From contig CAWJQU010000005.1 in NCBI GenBank assembly GCA_963845145.1, positions 544,001 to 608,000 on the forward strand: a DNA stretch of 64,000 nt. Reading direction: 5' to 3'. This document shows positions 10,133 to 19,464 of the stretch, in pieces. The number at the start of each line of letters is the position of its first letter. Position 1 is the first letter of the stretch. The notes beneath the pieces are model-generated. The model saw only the letters and a list, made by a program, of their open reading frames with translations. It was not told where the DNA came from and ran no database searches. The stretch comes from an uncultured delta proteobacterium. Its GTDB lineage: Bacteria; Desulfobacterota; Desulfobacteria; Desulfobacterales; QNYZ01. Position numbers and translations under genes: made by a program.

Positions 10133-11161
10133 ATGACATTAATGTTGATTGATACGTTTATGGAAAAAGGTGCGAACTTTTTGAAGTGTCGCTACCCTAT
10201 CATGTGCGGCGCCATGACCTGGGTAAGTGATCCCAAGCTTGTCACTGCTATTGGAGAAGCGGGAGGGTTTGGTTTACTGGCCGGTGGAAATGCGCCGGTA
10301 GAGGTCCTTCAGGAACAGATTCGGGATACGCTTGATCTCTCGGATCATCCTTTCGGCGTTAATTTGATCACCTTGGCGCCGGTGTATCGGGACCAGCTCG
10401 ACATGGTCTGCCGTTCAGACTGCAAGGTTGCGGTTTTTGCGGGAGGAATTCCGCGCAAAAGAGAAATTCAGCTGGCCAAGGAGGCTGGTATTCGTACAAT
10501 CTGTTTTGCTCCCACGGCACCGCTGGCCCACAAATTGATCGAGATGGGGGCCGATGCCCTGATCCTGGAAGGCTCCGAAGCCGGAGGGCATATCGGCCCT
10601 GTGGCGCTATCCGTTTTGATTCAGCAGATTCTGTTTAATGTGGACGATGTGCCTATTTTTATCGCCGGTGGGATCGCCACCGGACGTATGATGGCCCACT
10701 TGATGATGATGGGCGCGGCCGGTATCCAGATGGGAACACGATTTATCATGGCTGAAGAGTGCCAAGTCCACAAAGCCTTCAAGGAAGCTTTCATCAAAGC
10801 CCGCGCCCGTGATGCCATGGCCACGCCCCAGTTTGACAGCCGCTTACCGGTTATTCCGGTACGGGCGTTGAAAAACGAGGGGGTCATTGAATTCGGCAAG
10901 CTCCAATTGGAATTGCTGCATAAACTTGACCAGGGCGCGATTGATCGCCAGGAGGCTCAATATGCTGTGGAGCGGTTCTGGGTCGGTGCCTTGCGCGACG
11001 CGGTAGTCGATGGTGATGTGACCAAAGGGTCTCTCATGGCAGGCCAATCGGTGGGCTTAGCGGACCGTATTCAACCCCTGGATGTTATCATGACCGAGAT
11101 GATCGGAGATGCGGAGACAGAGTTAAACCGATTGAAGGGTGTATTTGATGACAAAAATTAG
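10133..11161 (+). CDS. fabK: FabK-like enoyl-ACP reductase II / nitronate monooxygenase family flavoprotein
   Basis: YPIMCGAMTWVS, EGSEAGGHIG, IAGGIATGR, GIQMGTRF and GSLMAGQSVGL. Confidence 0.7.
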   Translation: MTLMLIDTFMEKGANFLKCRYPIMCGAMTWVSDPKLVTAIGEAGGFGLLAGGNAPVEVLQEQIRDTLDLSDHPFGVNLITLAPVYRDQLDMVCRSDCKVAVFAGGIPRKREIQLAKEAGIRTICFAPTAPLAHKLIEMGADALILEGSEAGGHIGPVALSVLIQQILFNVDDVPIFIAGGIATGRMMAHLMMMGAAGIQMGTRFIMAEECQVHKAFKEAFIKARARDAMATPQFDSRLPVIPVRALKNEGVIEFGKLQLELLHKLDQGAIDRQEAQYAVERFWVGALRDAVVDGDVTKGSLMAGQSVGLADRIQPLDVIMTEMIGDAETELNRLKGVFDDKN

Positions 11162-11252
11162 CACTTTTTTCGCCGCCGTGCCCAATATTCCATGAGGAGA
11201 GACGTTCATATCTTTTAGACCGGTGGACAAAACGCAACGCAAATATGGGCGG

Positions 11253-12185
11253 CTACGGAACCGTCAATTTTAAATCGTCAAAATAGACGACGCTTCTATT
11301 CGGTAAACGGATAGTGAAAAAACGTATATTGCGGATCTCCCGCATGTTCATCAGTCGGCCTTTGGGAGCCTGTTCAATATCTTTAAGGCTAACCGTAAAA
11401 GTATGCCATCCTCTGGATATCGAAAAGGTTCGATTAAACCGGTCTTCATACCTTTGATCTTGTTCCGTGTGTTTTTTATCGTGAATACGGCAAGTGAGCG
11501 ATATGTTTTCGGAGGATGGATTGAACACTGAGAATTGAAAATTACCGAAACCCTCCCAGTTGTTTGGGAAATAGCGTAACCCCACGCCCGAATATTGGTC
11601 GGTTGTAAGATGCACGCGCAGGGCAGCCTTGCCCGTCTTTTTAATTTCTCCATCCACACTAAAATCGGCATCTCCGGACCAACGGTTGATTTCGTATGGG
11701 GTTTCAAAACTTGAAAGTTCCGGAAATTGTTTGCGGGCGATATATTCATCGACAAAGGAAATAATAACCGGGTAAACCTGAAACCCAACTAAAATAATGA
11801 CGCCGATTTGGCCTATGCGCAGAATATTTCCTGAGATTGTTTTTCGGAGCGGTAACAAAAAGAATATACCGGCCAGCCCGCCAATCATATTTCTAAATAA
11901 ATCGCCGGTATCCGGTATTCGTTGCAGCCCGTACTGCAACAGTTCGATGATAGCGCCCAGAATAACCGGTATCGCCAAAGCCAAAAGGCATTGGAGACGG
12001 TAGTTGTTTAACATCCGCTTGAAAAAAGTAAAAAGAAGCGGGAGTAGTGAAAAAAAGAGGATATGGCCCAAATTCCAGAAGGATTTGTAAGACCGCTGAG
12101 ATTGATAGTCCGGCCCACCAATAAAAAACAAGAAAAATAAGGTGAGTAAAATTGAGAAAAAAAGAAACCGTTTTAAACGTGTCAT
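11253..12185 (-). CDS. VanZ-family membrane protein with a C-terminal carbohydrate-binding-like domain
   Basis: WNLGHILFF...IELLQ...DLFRNMIG membrane region followed by a beta-rich soluble domain ending VYFDDLKL. Confidence 0.7.
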   Translation of the reverse strand: MTRLKRFLFFSILLTLFFLFFIGGPDYQSQRSYKSFWNLGHILFFSLLPLLFTFFKRMLNNYRLQCLLALAIPVILGAIIELLQYGLQRIPDTGDLFRNMIGGLAGIFFLLPLRKTISGNILRIGQIGVIILVGFQVYPVIISFVDEYIARKQFPELSSFETPYEINRWSGDADFSVDGEIKKTGKAALRVHLTTDQYSGVGLRYFPNNWEGFGNFQFSVFNPSSENISLTCRIHDKKHTEQDQRYEDRFNRTFSISRGWHTFTVSLKDIEQAPKGRLMNMREIRNIRFFTIRLPNRSVVYFDDLKLTVP

Positions 12186-12314
12186 GCTGTAAATAATCAA
12201 TTCAGGGCATTTGAGGGTTAAAAAGCGTATCGTGCTGCTAATGATACGGTAATGCTGCCAGAAAACGATGATTCCGGCAAACGAAAAATCGGATAATTAT
12301 TTTTGTTTAATCCA

Positions 12315-12926
12315 TTACTGCTCTACTTTATCCGATACCAGGAACAGGCCCGCCAAGCCGGCGTACACCTGGGGCCCGGTGCGCCCATGGGGGTGGGGAT
12401 GATACCAATAGGTGCCGGCCCGGTTTTGAACCTCGAATTCGTATAGATAGGATTGCCCCTGGGAAACGACATACCGCGGATGTCCGTCCATGATGGCCGG
12501 CACGTGAAGGCCGTGCCAGTGAATAATCGATTCTTCCGGAATGTCATTGATAAACCGAATCCGTACTTTTTACCCTTGATGGACTTTAATTATCGGGCCC
12601 AGATAACTTCCGGGAAGATCGACCACGCGGTTTTTGCCGCCCTTGTTAACCGCCGCACGATAACGCCATACCTGGGTTGCATTGCCCGGAAAAAGCGCTA
12701 ACGAATCCGGTTGTGATCGCATCGTAATATCAAGATCAGGCTCAAACCCCACCTCAGGCCCGCGGGCGTTGTCTGGACCCGATGCGGATCGGGCCGATAA
12801 CGGCATCACCCCGCCTGCCATGAGGCCCAGGGTGCCATAACCGGCCAGTTTCAAAAACCGTCTTCGATCGAACCGGCCTGAATCACCATGTGGATTGCCA
12901 TTTGGGTCACTATTTTGGATCTTCAT
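12315..12926 (-). pseudogene. Tat-exported multicopper oxidase (CueO/CotA-like), inactivated
   Basis: Tat motif DRRRFLK, then an in-frame TAA at 12570-12572. The same frame continues IHWHGLH and [11 protein letters not shown] (Cu ligands) and ends at 12315 after the first domain. Confidence 0.85.
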
Positions 12927-12990
12927 TTTAAAGCACCCATAATAGACGCCTGCCGAGTATGATGTGCTATCCGACAGATATTAACAGAGA

Positions 12991-13020
12991 ATGGGACGAC
13001 CCTAGAACTGCCGTCCCATC
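12991..13020 (-). terminator. Stem-loop after the ZraP-like gene
   Basis: ATGGGACG...CGTCCCAT inverted repeat. Confidence 0.4.
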
Positions 13021-13047
13021 AAGATAACCATCAAAGTGACTTTAGCA

Positions 13048-13524
13048 TTATTCCCAACAATTTCCCCCGCCTCGGCGCCCTTTACCCATCATCGAGCCGC
13101 CGCGCATAAACCCACGCCCGGCCTTGGGATTCAGCTTTCTCATCTCGACCATGTGATCGATACGCTTTTGATCGAATTGGGATTGCAGCTCGGATATTTC
13201 CTTTTGTAATCCGGAAGCTTTGGCGGCATCCGGCTCACTTTTAGCCAATTCGCCCTGTAAGGCCTGCTCTTTTTCAACCAGACTGGCTCTGATCTCCCGG
13301 GTTTCTTTTAAAAAGGCCTCTCTTTTCTCTTCGAACTGCTTGTATTCCTCTTTGCTTACCGAATCGTTGGGACCGGCACCATACCCGCCACGATGATGCC
13401 AGCCCGAACCCTGCTGATCCGAGCCACCACCCCAGCCCATTCCACGGTGGGCAAATGCATTGATGCCGATTCCCAACAAAGCAATTGAAATGAGTCCGAT
13501 AAACACAATTTTTAACGTACGCAT
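13048..13524 (-). CDS. Periplasmic heavy-metal sensor, ZraP/Spy/CpxP family
   Basis: Signal peptide, Gly/His/Met-rich termini, coiled coil with PDAAKASGLQKEISELQSQ, and a terminal GGNCW. Confidence 0.8.
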   Translation of the reverse strand: MRTLKIVFIGLISIALLGIGINAFAHRGMGWGGGSDQQGSGWHHRGGYGAGPNDSVSKEEYKQFEEKREAFLKETREIRASLVEKEQALQGELAKSEPDAAKASGLQKEISELQSQFDQKRIDHMVEMRKLNPKAGRGFMRGGSMMGKGRRGGGNCWE

Positions 13525-13595
13525 GATGAAATACCTCCTTTTTGCAATAAATTTGAATGATATGTGATCTGACCGTCAATCTGAGAAAGGGTAAG

Positions 13596-13611
13596 AGCAA
13601 TCCGTATGCCA
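13596..13611 (-). promoter_or_regulatory. Sigma-54 (-24/-12) promoter of the ZraP-like gene
   Basis: Minus strand reads TGGCATACGGATTGCT with GG-N10-GC spacing, ~70 bp upstream of the ATG. Confidence 0.75.
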
Positions 13612-13807
13612 TATCCGCAAACGACAAACTTATAATCGTTATCATATTGATTTTATTAAAATATTTATTAACTACCAGCTTGACTCAAGATATTTTTTCA
13701 ATAGAGGCCACCTTGGATCGTATAAAATTTACCCGGAAAATTTATAAAATATTTTAAAAGTATAATTATTACCCGGTCATGTGAAGAAACGAAGGTTAAG
13801 ATCGCCA

Positions 13808-13831
13808 GGCACCCACAAGGGGCGCCCCTAC
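13808..13831 (-). repeat. Single GTAG-class REP-like palindrome
   Basis: Minus strand reads GTAGGGGCGCCCCTTGTGGGTGCC: a GTAG tetranucleotide followed by an imperfect hairpin. Confidence 0.55.
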
Positions 13832-14126
13832 AGATGGAATCCACGCAAAAAGATTGTTTTTTTGAATGTTGGACGTGAACAATGCACTATAACCCTCACC
13901 CCTTTTGTGAAGATTCCCAAATACGGTTACCGTGCGGGACAATCTCGGGACAATCGCAAATAATAACCATGCCTGATGGATTTTTACTTGCGATTGCCCT
14001 GTGCGGCCTGTTTGATGCTGTTGATTTTTTTATTTATTAAACATATCTTTATTTTGTCATACATGTGCATCATCGAAGCGTTTAAAAACCCTTTTTAGTC
14101 TATATTTGATACAGGATTATTAAAGC

Positions 14127-14789
14127 GTGATATCTACCTCAAACAGCGACAAAGCGTTGATCGTTATTATTAGTATTTTTATCGGCAGCATGACGATTTC
14201 TTCTGTGTTGGCTAATAAAATTATTGGTGTATTCGGTATATTTGTGCCGGCAGGTGTGCTGGCCTATTCCATCACTTTTATTTGTACGGATGTGATCAGT
14301 GAGGTGTGGGGAAAAGAAACGGCCCAGCAAACCATCATGGGTGGTTTTATTGCCCTGCTTACCGTCTTGTTTCTGGTTCAGGCGGCGATTGTCTGGCAGC
14401 CGGCCCCTTTCTGGAAAGAGGATGCGGCATTCGGATCAATTTTAGGGAGCACCTCCCGGATCATCATCGCCTCGTTTACGGCCTACCTGATCAGCCAGTT
14501 TCATGATATTCATACGTTTCACCTGTTTAAACGGTGGACCGGCGGCCGGCATCTCTGGCTGCGCAATACCGTGTCGACAGCCATATCCCAGTTGATCGAT
14601 TCGGTTCTTTTTATCACCATTGCCTTCTACGGCACGATGCCCGTGGCCCCTCTGATCTTCGGGCAGTGGGTAATCAAGTTTGCCATTGCCGTTTTAGATA
14701 CGCCCATTATCTACCTGGCCGTCTGGGTGCTTCGCAACAAAGCCGGGTTGCGTTCGAATAAAACGATCGGGGAGGCCGGGGCGCTTTGA
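14127..14789 (+). CDS. yhhQ: Queuosine-precursor transporter (YhhQ/VUT family)
   Basis: PAGVLAYSITFICTDVISEVWG, RIIIASFTAYLISQ, LWLRNTVSTAISQLIDS and AVLDTP. Confidence 0.85.
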   Translation: MISTSNSDKALIVIISIFIGSMTISSVLANKIIGVFGIFVPAGVLAYSITFICTDVISEVWGKETAQQTIMGGFIALLTVLFLVQAAIVWQPAPFWKEDAAFGSILGSTSRIIIASFTAYLISQFHDIHTFHLFKRWTGGRHLWLRNTVSTAISQLIDSVLFITIAFYGTMPVAPLIFGQWVIKFAIAVLDTPIIYLAVWVLRNKAGLRSNKTIGEAGAL

Positions 14790-14842
14790 AAATGGTGCCG
14801 TGGTTTAACCTAAATTGACCGAAGGGAAGTACACCTGCCGAT

Positions 14843-15451
14843 TTGAATGACTATCCCGTCATTGCCTGCCACGATTGCGATTTGATCCATCGGATTCCGA
14901 TGGTGCAGCCGGGCCATGTGGCGAGATGCTCCCGGTGCCGGGCGATTCTTATTCGACCCAAAAAAAATAGTATCGAACGAACCCTGGCCTTATCTTTTAC
15001 CGGGCTTATTCTGTTTATTATCGCCAACGCCTTTCCCTTTTTGTCATTTGCACTGGAAGCCGAGGTTCGCCAAACCACGATGCTGTCCGGCGTCATATCC
15101 CTTTACGCCCAGAATCAAAGGGTCGTTGCTTTGGTGGTGTTTTTAACGATTTTCCTGATACCATTGGTTCAGTTGTTAGGATTGATTTATATTTTCCTGC
15201 CGTTACAATTTAAAAAACCGGCGCGGCACATGCCGCTTATCTTTCGTCTGGTTCGAAAATTTCAGCCATGGAGCATGATGGAGGTGTTTATGCTCGCTAT
15301 TCTTGTCTCCATCGTCAAACTGGCCGGCATGGCGCAGATTATTCCCGGTCTGTCTCTTTATGCGCTGCTTGCCCTGATCTTCGTATTGGCGGCGATTGCC
15401 GCCGGTATCGATCCGCACCTTCTGTGGTTAAAATGGGAACATCACCGATGA
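14843..15451 (+). CDS. pqiA: Paraquat-inducible protein A, first half of the split pair
   Basis: ACHDCD...CSRC Zn finger and PWSMMEVFMLAILVSIVKL. Confidence 0.9.
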   Translation: MNDYPVIACHDCDLIHRIPMVQPGHVARCSRCRAILIRPKKNSIERTLALSFTGLILFIIANAFPFLSFALEAEVRQTTMLSGVISLYAQNQRVVALVVFLTIFLIPLVQLLGLIYIFLPLQFKKPARHMPLIFRLVRKFQPWSMMEVFMLAILVSIVKLAGMAQIIPGLSLYALLALIFVLAAIAAGIDPHLLWLKWEHHR

Positions 15452-16086
15452 GCAATTTTTCGCCGGCGACCCATCCAAGGTCGACCATCAGTTGCTCGAG
15501 CTGTCATTTATTATGCCGCCGGCCGACGTTGGACGACCGCCCGCTGGGCCAATGCCCGCGTTGCGGCGCCCGTCTTCACTACCGTAAGCAAAACAGTATT
15601 GCACGGACCTGGGCCTTGACCTTGGCGGCCTTAATTTTTTACCTACCCGCCAATCTGCTGCCTATCAGCCACATGTCGCAATTGGGAACGGTTCAATCGG
15701 ACACGATTGTCAGCGGCGTTATCTACTTTTTTAAAACCGGCATGTGGCCCATTGCCCTGATTATCTTCATTGCCAGCATTTTCATTCCCCTCCTGAAATT
15801 GATGATTTTGATCTTTCTATTGATCTCGGTCCAACGACGGTCCCAATGGCGGCCACGGGACCGCACCCGGCTGTACCGGGTTACGGAGGCCGTTGGGCGC
15901 TGGTCTATGGTCGATATTTATGTGATCACCATTTTGGTGGCGCTGATCGAGTTGGGGGCTGTCGCGGATATCGACGCCGGTCCGGCGGCCATATTTTTTT
16001 CCATTGTTGTCGTGATGACCATGCTGGCGGCGATGAGTTTTGATCCTCGTCTGATCTGGGATGTACAGGAGTCGCATAATGCCTGA
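15448..16086 (+). CDS. pqiA: Paraquat-inducible protein A, second half of the split pair
   Basis: CSSCH...CPRCG, YLPANLLPI, GRWSMVDIYV and SFDPRLIWD; ATGA overlap with the upstream gene. Confidence 0.9.
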   Translation: MSNFSPATHPRSTISCSSCHLLCRRPTLDDRPLGQCPRCGARLHYRKQNSIARTWALTLAALIFYLPANLLPISHMSQLGTVQSDTIVSGVIYFFKTGMWPIALIIFIASIFIPLLKLMILIFLLISVQRRSQWRPRDRTRLYRVTEAVGRWSMVDIYVITILVALIELGAVADIDAGPAAIFFSIVVVMTMLAAMSFDPRLIWDVQESHNA

Positions 16087-17746
16087 AAAGAACGCGAAAG
16101 ATACGTTACCCGGCGATTTACCCGAGCCGGTAATCCATACGCCAAGAACGAAAATATCGCTGGTATGGGTGATTCCTCTTCTGGCAGCGATAATAGGCGC
16201 CTGGCTGGCCTATCGGGGTATCACCGAAAAAGGACCGACCATCACCATCTCCTTTGAAACTGCCGAAGGCTTGGAGGCCGGTAAAACCAAAATTCGATAC
16301 AAGGATATTGAGCTCGGCAAAGTAGATAAAATTCTTTTGAGTTCCGATCGCAAACATGTTGTCGTTAGGGCTGAACTGGACAAGCAGGCCGAAGAATTGC
16401 TATCGGAAAAAACACGCTTTTGGGTGGTTCGCGCACGTGTGGCGGCAACCGAGGTCAAGGGGTTATCGACCCTTTTTTCCGGCGCATTTATCGCCATGGA
16501 TCCCGGGCCTTCGGGACCACCGGTATATGATTTCATAGGATTACAGACCCCCCCCATTATCACCAGGGGCATGCCCGGCCGCCATTTCACCCTTATGGCT
16601 AAACGACGGAGCTCCCTGGACGTGGGGTCGCCGGTTTACTACCGCCAGATTCAGGTCGGCGAAGTGGTTGCCTTCAATTTAGGCCCCAATGGCCGCACCA
16701 TCCGGTTCAATATTTTTGTACGCGCGCCTTACGATAAGTATGTTTTAAAAAACACACGGTTTTGGAATGTAAGCGGGTTTGATTTATCATTAAGCGTAAA
16801 AGGCATCGAATTAAAAACGGAAACCCTCTCGACCCTGCTTATGGGTGGTATCGTCTTCAATCTTCCGGAGAATGCGCCTCCAGATGAACGGGCCGGGGAG
16901 AATGCTGTCTTTACGCTATTCGAAGATGCGGAAGCCGGCCGAGTCAAACATTATAACCTTAAAACCCGCTGGCTCATATACTTCAACGGCTCCGTGCGTG
17001 GGTTGATCCCCGGTGCGCCGGTGGAGTTTCGAGGAATTCCCATCGGCAAAGTGATCGATGTAGAGCTGGCTTTTGATGAGGAGGCGGTGACGTTTGATAT
17101 ACCGGTTTTAATTGAAATTGAGCCGGAGCGCGTATTGACGGACCGGTCTTTGGCCGGTATCGACGACCTGAAACCAATCATGAATCAGCTGGTGGCCAAG
17201 GGCTTGAGGGCCCAGCTCGAAAGTGGAAATCTCCTTACCGGCCAGAAGTTGGTCGAATTCGACATTCATCCCAATGCTTCACCCGCTTCTATCCTATGGG
17301 AGGGGACGTATCCCCGTTTGCCCACCCTGCCGGGCAGCGTCGAGGCCGTCACCAGCCAAATTGCGAGCATTATCGATAAGCTTGAGAAGCTGCCCATCAC
17401 CGAAATTGCCGATGATCTTAAAGCGACAGTAAAAAATGCAAAAACATTAACCGGATCCCCGGCGATCCCCCGGGCATTGAACCAACTCAACCTCGTGCTG
17501 GATGATCTGCTGGTATTTGTTGACAGCCTTCAGGGTAACCTTAGCCCGGATATGTTAAGCACCCTCCAACAGGCGAGGGAAACCTTGAGATCGGCTCAAT
17601 CAATGCTGGATTCCGACTCCGACCTTCAGTCTACCGTTAAATCCGCCATGGAAGAAGTATCTAAGTCCGCGCGATCTTTGCGTATTTTGACCGAATATCT
17701 CGAGACACATCCCGAGGCATTGATATTCGGTAAAGAGAAAAAATGA
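16079..17746 (+). CDS. pqiB: Intermembrane transport protein PqiB (three MCE domains)
   Basis: WVIPLLA, AEGLEAGKTKIRYK, GSPVYYRQIQVG, SVRGLIPGAPVEFRGI, ending HPEALIFGK. Confidence 0.92.
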   Translation: MPEKNAKDTLPGDLPEPVIHTPRTKISLVWVIPLLAAIIGAWLAYRGITEKGPTITISFETAEGLEAGKTKIRYKDIELGKVDKILLSSDRKHVVVRAELDKQAEELLSEKTRFWVVRARVAATEVKGLSTLFSGAFIAMDPGPSGPPVYDFIGLQTPPIITRGMPGRHFTLMAKRRSSLDVGSPVYYRQIQVGEVVAFNLGPNGRTIRFNIFVRAPYDKYVLKNTRFWNVSGFDLSLSVKGIELKTETLSTLLMGGIVFNLPENAPPDERAGENAVFTLFEDAEAGRVKHYNLKTRWLIYFNGSVRGLIPGAPVEFRGIPIGKVIDVELAFDEEAVTFDIPVLIEIEPERVLTDRSLAGIDDLKPIMNQLVAKGLRAQLESGNLLTGQKLVEFDIHPNASPASILWEGTYPRLPTLPGSVEAVTSQIASIIDKLEKLPITEIADDLKATVKNAKTLTGSPAIPRALNQLNLVLDDLLVFVDSLQGNLSPDMLSTLQQARETLRSAQSMLDSDSDLQSTVKSAMEEVSKSARSLRILTEYLETHPEALIFGKEKK

Positions 17747-17821
17747 CGATTTCTTCTTTCGCCCAAGGCCGAATGGTTTCAGCTTTTAGCCAGATAGGTG
17801 GGGATTGTGCCTTCCGAATTA

Positions 17822-17979
17822 AGGGTTCGCGCAAAAATAAGTTCACAATTTTAGGCGTTGAGGCGCCCGCCTGGCAAGGCGTGAAAGTGCTGGAATATCG
17901 TGATATTCCGAGCTTTCACAACGTCGCCAGACGGGATGCATCGGCGTATAAAATGTGAAATTATTTTTTCGCGAGCCCT
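17822..17979. mobile_element. 158-bp palindromic MITE/REP-like element
   Basis: Ends AGGGTTCGCG-CAAAAATAA-GTTCACA and TGTGAA-ATTATTTTTT-CGCGAGCCCT pair with each other. Pairing continues inward to the centre GGAATATC-GT-GATATTCC (17892-17909). Confidence 0.7.
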
Positions 17980-17997
17980 GAGCGATGGTCTATCGGG

Positions 17998-18618
17998 TCA
18001 TCGATTGTTGACAGCCAATTTTACGCCAAAACCGATGAGTGCTACGCCGGCCAACCGCGTGGCAACCCATTGGGCATATTGCCACCGCGACAGCCGCCTT
18101 GCGGCCGCATTGCCAACCAATACCAACCCGGTCTGATATAATAAACTGATGGCCGTAACATGCGCCATTAGCGTCATAAGTGTGATGGGTGTTGACTCGG
18201 AACTGAGGAACAGCGGAAAAAAGGCCATAAAAAAGACAATGACTTTAGGGTTGGTAAGGCTCACAGCAAGCGCCTGCCGAAAATAAGCCCAGCTCTCCGG
18301 TTCGATGGCGCCATTCTTCGGCTTATCCGCTACGGACGTGCGCAGCAGTTTCCAACCTAACCAGCATAAGTAGCCCGCCCCAATCCATTGTGCACTGGCC
18401 AATATGCCGGGATATGCACCGAGAATTGCTGCCAACCCCATTACGGCGGACAGCATATATATAATATCACCGCTAAGGGTTCCCAAAACCGCTTTCATGC
18501 CGCTGCCGACCCCCTTCCGGGCGGTTGCATTCAGGATGGTAATCGTCCCCGCACCGGGAATGAGTTGAAAAACGATAATCGTTATGATGAAGCTGCCGTA
18601 GTTTTGAATATCGAACAT
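17998..18618 (-). CDS. LysE/RhtB-family exporter
   Basis: IPGAG, GAGYLCWLG and AVSLTNPKVIVFF. Confidence 0.9.
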   Translation of the reverse strand: MFDIQNYGSFIITIIVFQLIPGAGTITILNATARKGVGSGMKAVLGTLSGDIIYMLSAVMGLAAILGAYPGILASAQWIGAGYLCWLGWKLLRTSVADKPKNGAIEPESWAYFRQALAVSLTNPKVIVFFMAFFPLFLSSESTPITLMTLMAHVTAISLLYQTGLVLVGNAAARRLSRWQYAQWVATRLAGVALIGFGVKLAVNNR

Positions 18619-18715
18619 CGATGCCTCACTTTTTTAGTTTTTGGCTTATTGGTCTACTATTTTTTTAGCGGTTTGAATAGATTACCAAATAGACTCAGCC
18701 AAGGCAAACCATTCG

Positions 18716-19273
18716 TTATCCGGCAGATGTGGCCTCTCTTTTTTCAATACGGGCTTCGATAATCACCCGACCCAGCCCGCCGCAATTATAACCCACATCA
18801 TCACATTGTCCGACATGAAACAGCGGCATTGGCTCAAGTCCTTCCCAGATACGTTCCTGAACAATCCACACCAGGCGGGTCATCGGCGGCATGAGAAACG
18901 GGCAGAGTTTTTCGGCACTGTTTCTGGTGTCCATGGCACCGCTGGTGGGGAAGATAAACTTCTCGCCGACTTTATGACCGGCCATGCATCCATGTGCCTT
19001 GACAATCTTTAAGACGATGGATGTGCGGGTGCATGTTTCCAAGCGTGATAGCATTTTCAGGTTACGAGGATTTTGAAGAAAGTGTTGAAATTGTTCATCC
19101 GAGTACTCCATGACCGCCTGAAGCTGTTTAAGTGCTGCTTGATCAAAAGAAGGGGATTGATCCCCACTTGCAGCGGAATTTGCTGATGATTCGGTAAACC
19201 CGGTGGCTATAAGAATACCTGTAGCGGATAACAAACCTGCTGATTCAAGAAACATCCTTCGATTCATTTTCAT
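18716..19273 (-). CDS. Tat-signal Cys-rich protein of unknown function (TIGR04076-like motif)
   Basis: NRRMFL Tat motif; GCMAGHKVGEKF, LCPFL and QCDDVGYNCGGLG. Confidence 0.6.
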   Translation of the reverse strand: MKMNRRMFLESAGLLSATGILIATGFTESSANSAASGDQSPSFDQAALKQLQAVMEYSDEQFQHFLQNPRNLKMLSRLETCTRTSIVLKIVKAHGCMAGHKVGEKFIFPTSGAMDTRNSAEKLCPFLMPPMTRLVWIVQERIWEGLEPMPLFHVGQCDDVGYNCGGLGRVIIEARIEKREATSAG

Positions 19274-19401
19274 CTCCTCTCCGGCGGTTGTGGAAAAAGC
19301 GACCGATTAGACGATTTTTCCCTTGCGCCCTGTTTTTGTTTAATGACCGGAAACGATCATTTGCTGATGGAAATGTATGCAAAAGGGCCTTGACCTTAAA
19401 G

Positions 19402-19436
19402 GTGGATAACCGCCAAAGAAGAGAGCGGATGCGTCA
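19402..19436 (-). promoter_or_regulatory. Putative AraC/GlxA-type tandem site with a 21-bp period
   Basis: Minus strand TGACGCATCCGCTC and TGGCGGTTATCCAC start 21 bp apart, upstream of the Tat-protein gene. Confidence 0.4.
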
Positions 19437-19464
19437 AATTGGTGTTTTTTATGGTGTTCTGGGA

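Noticed and set aside
13980..14126. Canonical preQ1 riboswitch before the transporter
   Set aside because: No recognisable class I aptamer stem-loop with its A-rich tail.
17743..17958. 71-aa ORF after pqiB as a real protein
   Set aside because: Most of it reads through the palindromic element; at best the first codons are a pqiC stub.
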